Positions 61,013 to 64,000 of a stretch of DNA of 64,000 bases are shown one piece after another (the first letter of the stretch is position 1; each line of letters opens with the position of its first letter). Under the pieces are notes generated by a model that made no database searches, had not been told where the DNA came from, and saw only the letters and a list, made by a program, of their open reading frames with translations. The stretch comes from Gemmatimonas sp. Lineage in GTDB: Bacteria > Gemmatimonadota > Gemmatimonadetes > Gemmatimonadales > Gemmatimonadaceae. A program made the translations under genes and the position numbers. The DNA lies in assembly GCA_031414535.1 (NCBI GenBank), contig JANNVQ010000038.1, positions 32,001 to 96,000 on the forward strand, read 5' to 3'.

Positions 61013-62500
61013 TCAGTCCGCCGCCACCGTGCGCGTGGAGGCCCATTCCCGGAGCTCGGAGATCTTCTCCCACATGGTGCCCGAGAGGGGCCGTGTGGAC
61101 TGGATCTCCGTGATGAGCATCGCGGTGCTCAGGGCCGAACCCGCAGAGAAGGCCCCGTAGAGGCCGCCCACCACCACCTGTTCGATCTCCGCGCCGCTGA
61201 AACCATCGCTGGCGGCGGCGAGCGCCGCACAATCGAACTTCTTGGTGTCCTGGTTTCGCTTGGTGAGGTGAATCTGGAAAATCTCAGCCCTCGCCTCGGC
61301 TTTGGGCAGGTCCACAAAGAACACTTCGTCAAAGCGTCCCTTCCGGATGAACTCCGGCGGCAGCGCGGCGATGTCGTTGGACGTGGCCATTACAAACACA
61401 TCGCCTTTGCGCTCCTGCAGCCAACTCAGGAAGGTTCCAAACACGCGCTTGGACACGCCGCCATCCGCATCTCCGCCGCTGGCGAAAGCCTTCTCCAGTT
61501 CATCAATCCACAGTACGATGGGCGCCATTCGCTCGGCCGTGCGCATGGCGCGCTTGAAGTTCTTTTCACTGTCGCCGATGTACTTGTCGTAGAGATTGGC
61601 GGGGTCGAGCTTGAGCAGCGGCAGGCCCCACTCGCTGGCGACGGCCTTGGCGCAGAGTGACTTGCCGCAGCCAGGCACGCCGAGCAACAGCACCCCGCGC
61701 GGAAATCCCAATCCGAACTGCGCGGCCCGCTGCGGATCGTGCACCACCGCGCGGCGCTTGCTGAGCCAGGCCTTGAAGCCCGCGAGTCCAGCAACTTGTC
61801 CTAAGGATTCTTCGGCGGGCCAGTACTCCAGCAGGCCGTCCTGCTCCACGACTTGCCGTTTTGCCGCCGCCACGCGCTGCACGTCGGAGCCGCGCACCGC
61901 ACCGTCTTCCATGATCAGCTTCGTCACCACCTTCTCGGCTTCGGTGGACGTGAGGCCCACGAGGTTGTTCACGAGACGGGTGCGCTCTTCGTGCGTCAGC
62001 TCAACTTTCACCGGCATCTTGGCCGAGTACTCGCGGATGACGCGTTCCAGCAGCAGGCGGTGGTCATTGAAATCCGGCGTCGGCAACTCGAGGGTCACCG
62101 CATGCGGGCGCAGCGAGTCGGGCAGCTGGATGCCGTGGCCGGAAATAACAATCGCACCGCGTCGCGCGCCAAAGTGCGCCACGCAATCGAGGACGTGACT
62201 CGCGACCACGGCGTCGTCAAGAAAGGGACCCAGACCCTTGAAGTGGAACACCCCCACGCCCTCCTGCGGAACGCGTGCCAACGCGGCCGTGGGCTCTGCC
62301 GTCTTTTCGATATAGGGGTCGCCTGGCTGGACCCCGCGGCGAATCCCACGTGAACGGCTCCACGAGAAGAACAGCAGCGACAGTCGTGAGGCGATGAGTG
62401 CAAGCATTTCGTCAGCGCGCTCGGGCTCGGGGGTATCGAGCAGGAGCAGGGCGTACTTGGACCGGATGAGCAGTTCGAGTTCGGTCGCCGTATCTTTCAC
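61013..62500 (-). CDS. Ycf46-like AAA+ ATPase
   Basis: LLIRSKYALL N-terminus, GVPGCGKS, WIDELEK, RKGRFDEVFFVDLP and LREWA. Confidence 0.9.
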   Translation of the reverse strand: MKDTATELELLIRSKYALLLLDTPEPERADEMLALIASRLSLLFFSWSRSRGIRRGVQPGDPYIEKTAEPTAALARVPQEGVGVFHFKGLGPFLDDAVVASHVLDCVAHFGARRGAIVISGHGIQLPDSLRPHAVTLELPTPDFNDHRLLLERVIREYSAKMPVKVELTHEERTRLVNNLVGLTSTEAEKVVTKLIMEDGAVRGSDVQRVAAAKRQVVEQDGLLEYWPAEESLGQVAGLAGFKAWLSKRRAVVHDPQRAAQFGLGFPRGVLLLGVPGCGKSLCAKAVASEWGLPLLKLDPANLYDKYIGDSEKNFKRAMRTAERMAPIVLWIDELEKAFASGGDADGGVSKRVFGTFLSWLQERKGDVFVMATSNDIAALPPEFIRKGRFDEVFFVDLPKAEARAEIFQIHLTKRNQDTKKFDCAALAAASDGFSGAEIEQVVVGGLYGAFSAGSALSTAMLITEIQSTRPLSGTMWEKISELREWASTRTVAAD

Positions 62501-62503
62501 GCG

Positions 62504-63745
62504 ATGCAGGCCTCAGAGAGGGATGCGCGCGAAGATACTGCTCCGGGCGGCGCTCCGCATCGGGCGCTACTGCTCATCGCCTTCGCCGAACTGCTGGGGA
62601 TGTCGTTGTGGTTTGCCGGCTCGGCGGTGTCACCACAGCTCACGGCCCGCTGGGGCCTCTCTCCCGCTCAGGTGGGCGGACTCGCCACGGCAGTACAACT
62701 GGGCTTCGTGCTCGGCACTGCCATCTCTGCCTTGCTCAACCTGGCCGATGTGGTCCCGGCGCGGCGCTTGTTTGCAGTGTCGGCCGTGTGCGGCGCGGCC
62801 GCGAACGCGCTCCTGCTGTGGAGCCCGAGTTATGAATGGGCGCTCGCGGGGCGTGTGCTCACCGGCGCGTTTCTCGCGGGCGTGTATCCGCCAGCGATGA
62901 AGATGGCGGCCACTTGGTTTAAGGCGCGGCGCGGGCTCGCCGTCGCCGTGGTTGTTGGTGCCCTCACCGTCGGGAAAGCGTCGCCGTACGTGTGGCAGGC
63001 ATTCGTTGGCATGCCGTTCGAATGGCCTGTCATTGCGGCATCGGCGTCAGCGCTGCTCGCGGCGCTCATGATCGCGCTGTGGTACGAGGACGGACCCTTC
63101 GCCTTCCCGGCGCGCCCGTTCTCGTGGGGACTCATCGGCGAAGTCGCGCGCGCGCCGCAGTGGCGGCGTGCGCTCGGCGGATACCTCGGACACATGGCGG
63201 AGCTGTACTCGTACTGGACTTGGATTCCCGCGTTCTTGGCCGCGAGTGCCATGGCGCATGCAGGCGCTGATGCCGCGAAGTCGCCCTGGATTGCAGTGCT
63301 CGCCTTCGCCACAATTGCCATCGGCGGCATTGGATGTATTTGGGGTGGCGTGATGGGCGATCGCATTGGCCGCGCGCGCATCGCCTCGCGCTCGATGCTG
63401 TTGAGCGGTGCAATCGCACTCGTGATTGGCTTCAGTTTTGGACGCAGTCCGTGGCTTGTGGGAGTACTGGCCCTGGCGTGGGGATTTTTTGTCATCGCCG
63501 ACTCGGCGCAGTTCTCCGTGTTGGCCGCCGAGGCCGTGCCGCCCCACGCCGTGGGCACCGCGCTCACGGTGCAGACGTGTTTCGGGTTCTTGCTCACCAC
63601 GCTGACCATTCAGTTGATTCCGCCGATGGTGGAGCGCGTGGGTTGGGACGGCGCCTTTATGATTCTGGCAATCGGACCAGCGCTCGGCGTGTTGGCGCTA
63701 CGTCCGCTCGTAGCCGCCGAGCGTCGCGCGAGGATGAGTACGTGA
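62504..63745 (+). CDS. MFS transporter
   Basis: 12 TM; AVQLGFVLGT, AGVYPPAMK and IADSAQFS. Confidence 0.9.
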   Translation: MQASERDAREDTAPGGAPHRALLLIAFAELLGMSLWFAGSAVSPQLTARWGLSPAQVGGLATAVQLGFVLGTAISALLNLADVVPARRLFAVSAVCGAAANALLLWSPSYEWALAGRVLTGAFLAGVYPPAMKMAATWFKARRGLAVAVVVGALTVGKASPYVWQAFVGMPFEWPVIAASASALLAALMIALWYEDGPFAFPARPFSWGLIGEVARAPQWRRALGGYLGHMAELYSYWTWIPAFLAASAMAHAGADAAKSPWIAVLAFATIAIGGIGCIWGGVMGDRIGRARIASRSMLLSGAIALVIGFSFGRSPWLVGVLALAWGFFVIADSAQFSVLAAEAVPPHAVGTALTVQTCFGFLLTTLTIQLIPPMVERVGWDGAFMILAIGPALGVLALRPLVAAERRARMST

Positions 63746-64000
63746 ACAGCGGCATACTCGCGCTCCTCAAGAGCTTCGATGACGGCCGCGACCGCGCGGA
63801 GTTCTATCGGGGATGGCGCATGGGGCTCGCGGCGGGGTTCTCGCACCCGATGATTCTGTCCAAGTCCATCGCGCGTGGTGGATTGGTTGGCGCCATTCGT
63901 GATCACCTGCTTGAGGGCACGAGCAAGGGCCAGGACATCGCGGCACTGGTGCGGAGTGGGGGGCGCTTCTTTGAGCCCTTCGAAGCCGCCCTTCTCGCAA
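63742..64000 (+). CDS. Type II secretion/type IV pilus F-family (PilC-like) protein, 3' truncated; absent from the ORF track
   Basis: GTG overlapping the MFS stop; RAEFYRGWRMGLAAG...LLEGTSKGQDIAALVRSGGRFFEPFEAALLA. Confidence 0.55.
   Translation, partial: MNSGILALLKSFDDGRDRAEFYRGWRMGLAAGFSHPMILSKSIARGGLVGAIRDHLLEGTSKGQDIAALVRSGGRFFEPFEAALLA

Overview
High-GC bacterial chromosomal segment of about 62 genes. Gene content (BTAD regulator, Ser/Thr kinase-TPR, DUF1707, Oar-type TonB receptors) suggests Gemmatimonadota; this is inference. Recognisable loci: two TonB-dependent receptors, heme o synthase, ccmABCD+ppa, acs, a TPR/ABC/M16-peptidase operon, psuG, a kynureninase-like enzyme, a CzcCBA-type efflux system, a patatin-ferredoxin fusion, acnA, a BTAD/DAGK/tandem-LuxR cluster, aguB-aguA-kinase, a binding protein-MCP pair, queC-queE and a Ycf46-like AAA ATPase. 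I saw no rRNA, tRNA, CRISPR array, integrase or transposase. The most notable signal is non-coding: on the minus strand, a sigma54-type promoter (14269-14283) precedes a GEMM-I cyclic-dinucleotide riboswitch (14156-14240). It has A at the position equivalent to G20, the signature of 3',3'-cGAMP-sensing GEMM-Ib riboswitches, and lies upstream of an atypical STAS gene and the ccm cluster. Three families of short-unit palindromic intergenic repeats also recur. All functional calls come from motif recognition by eye; no database searches were run.
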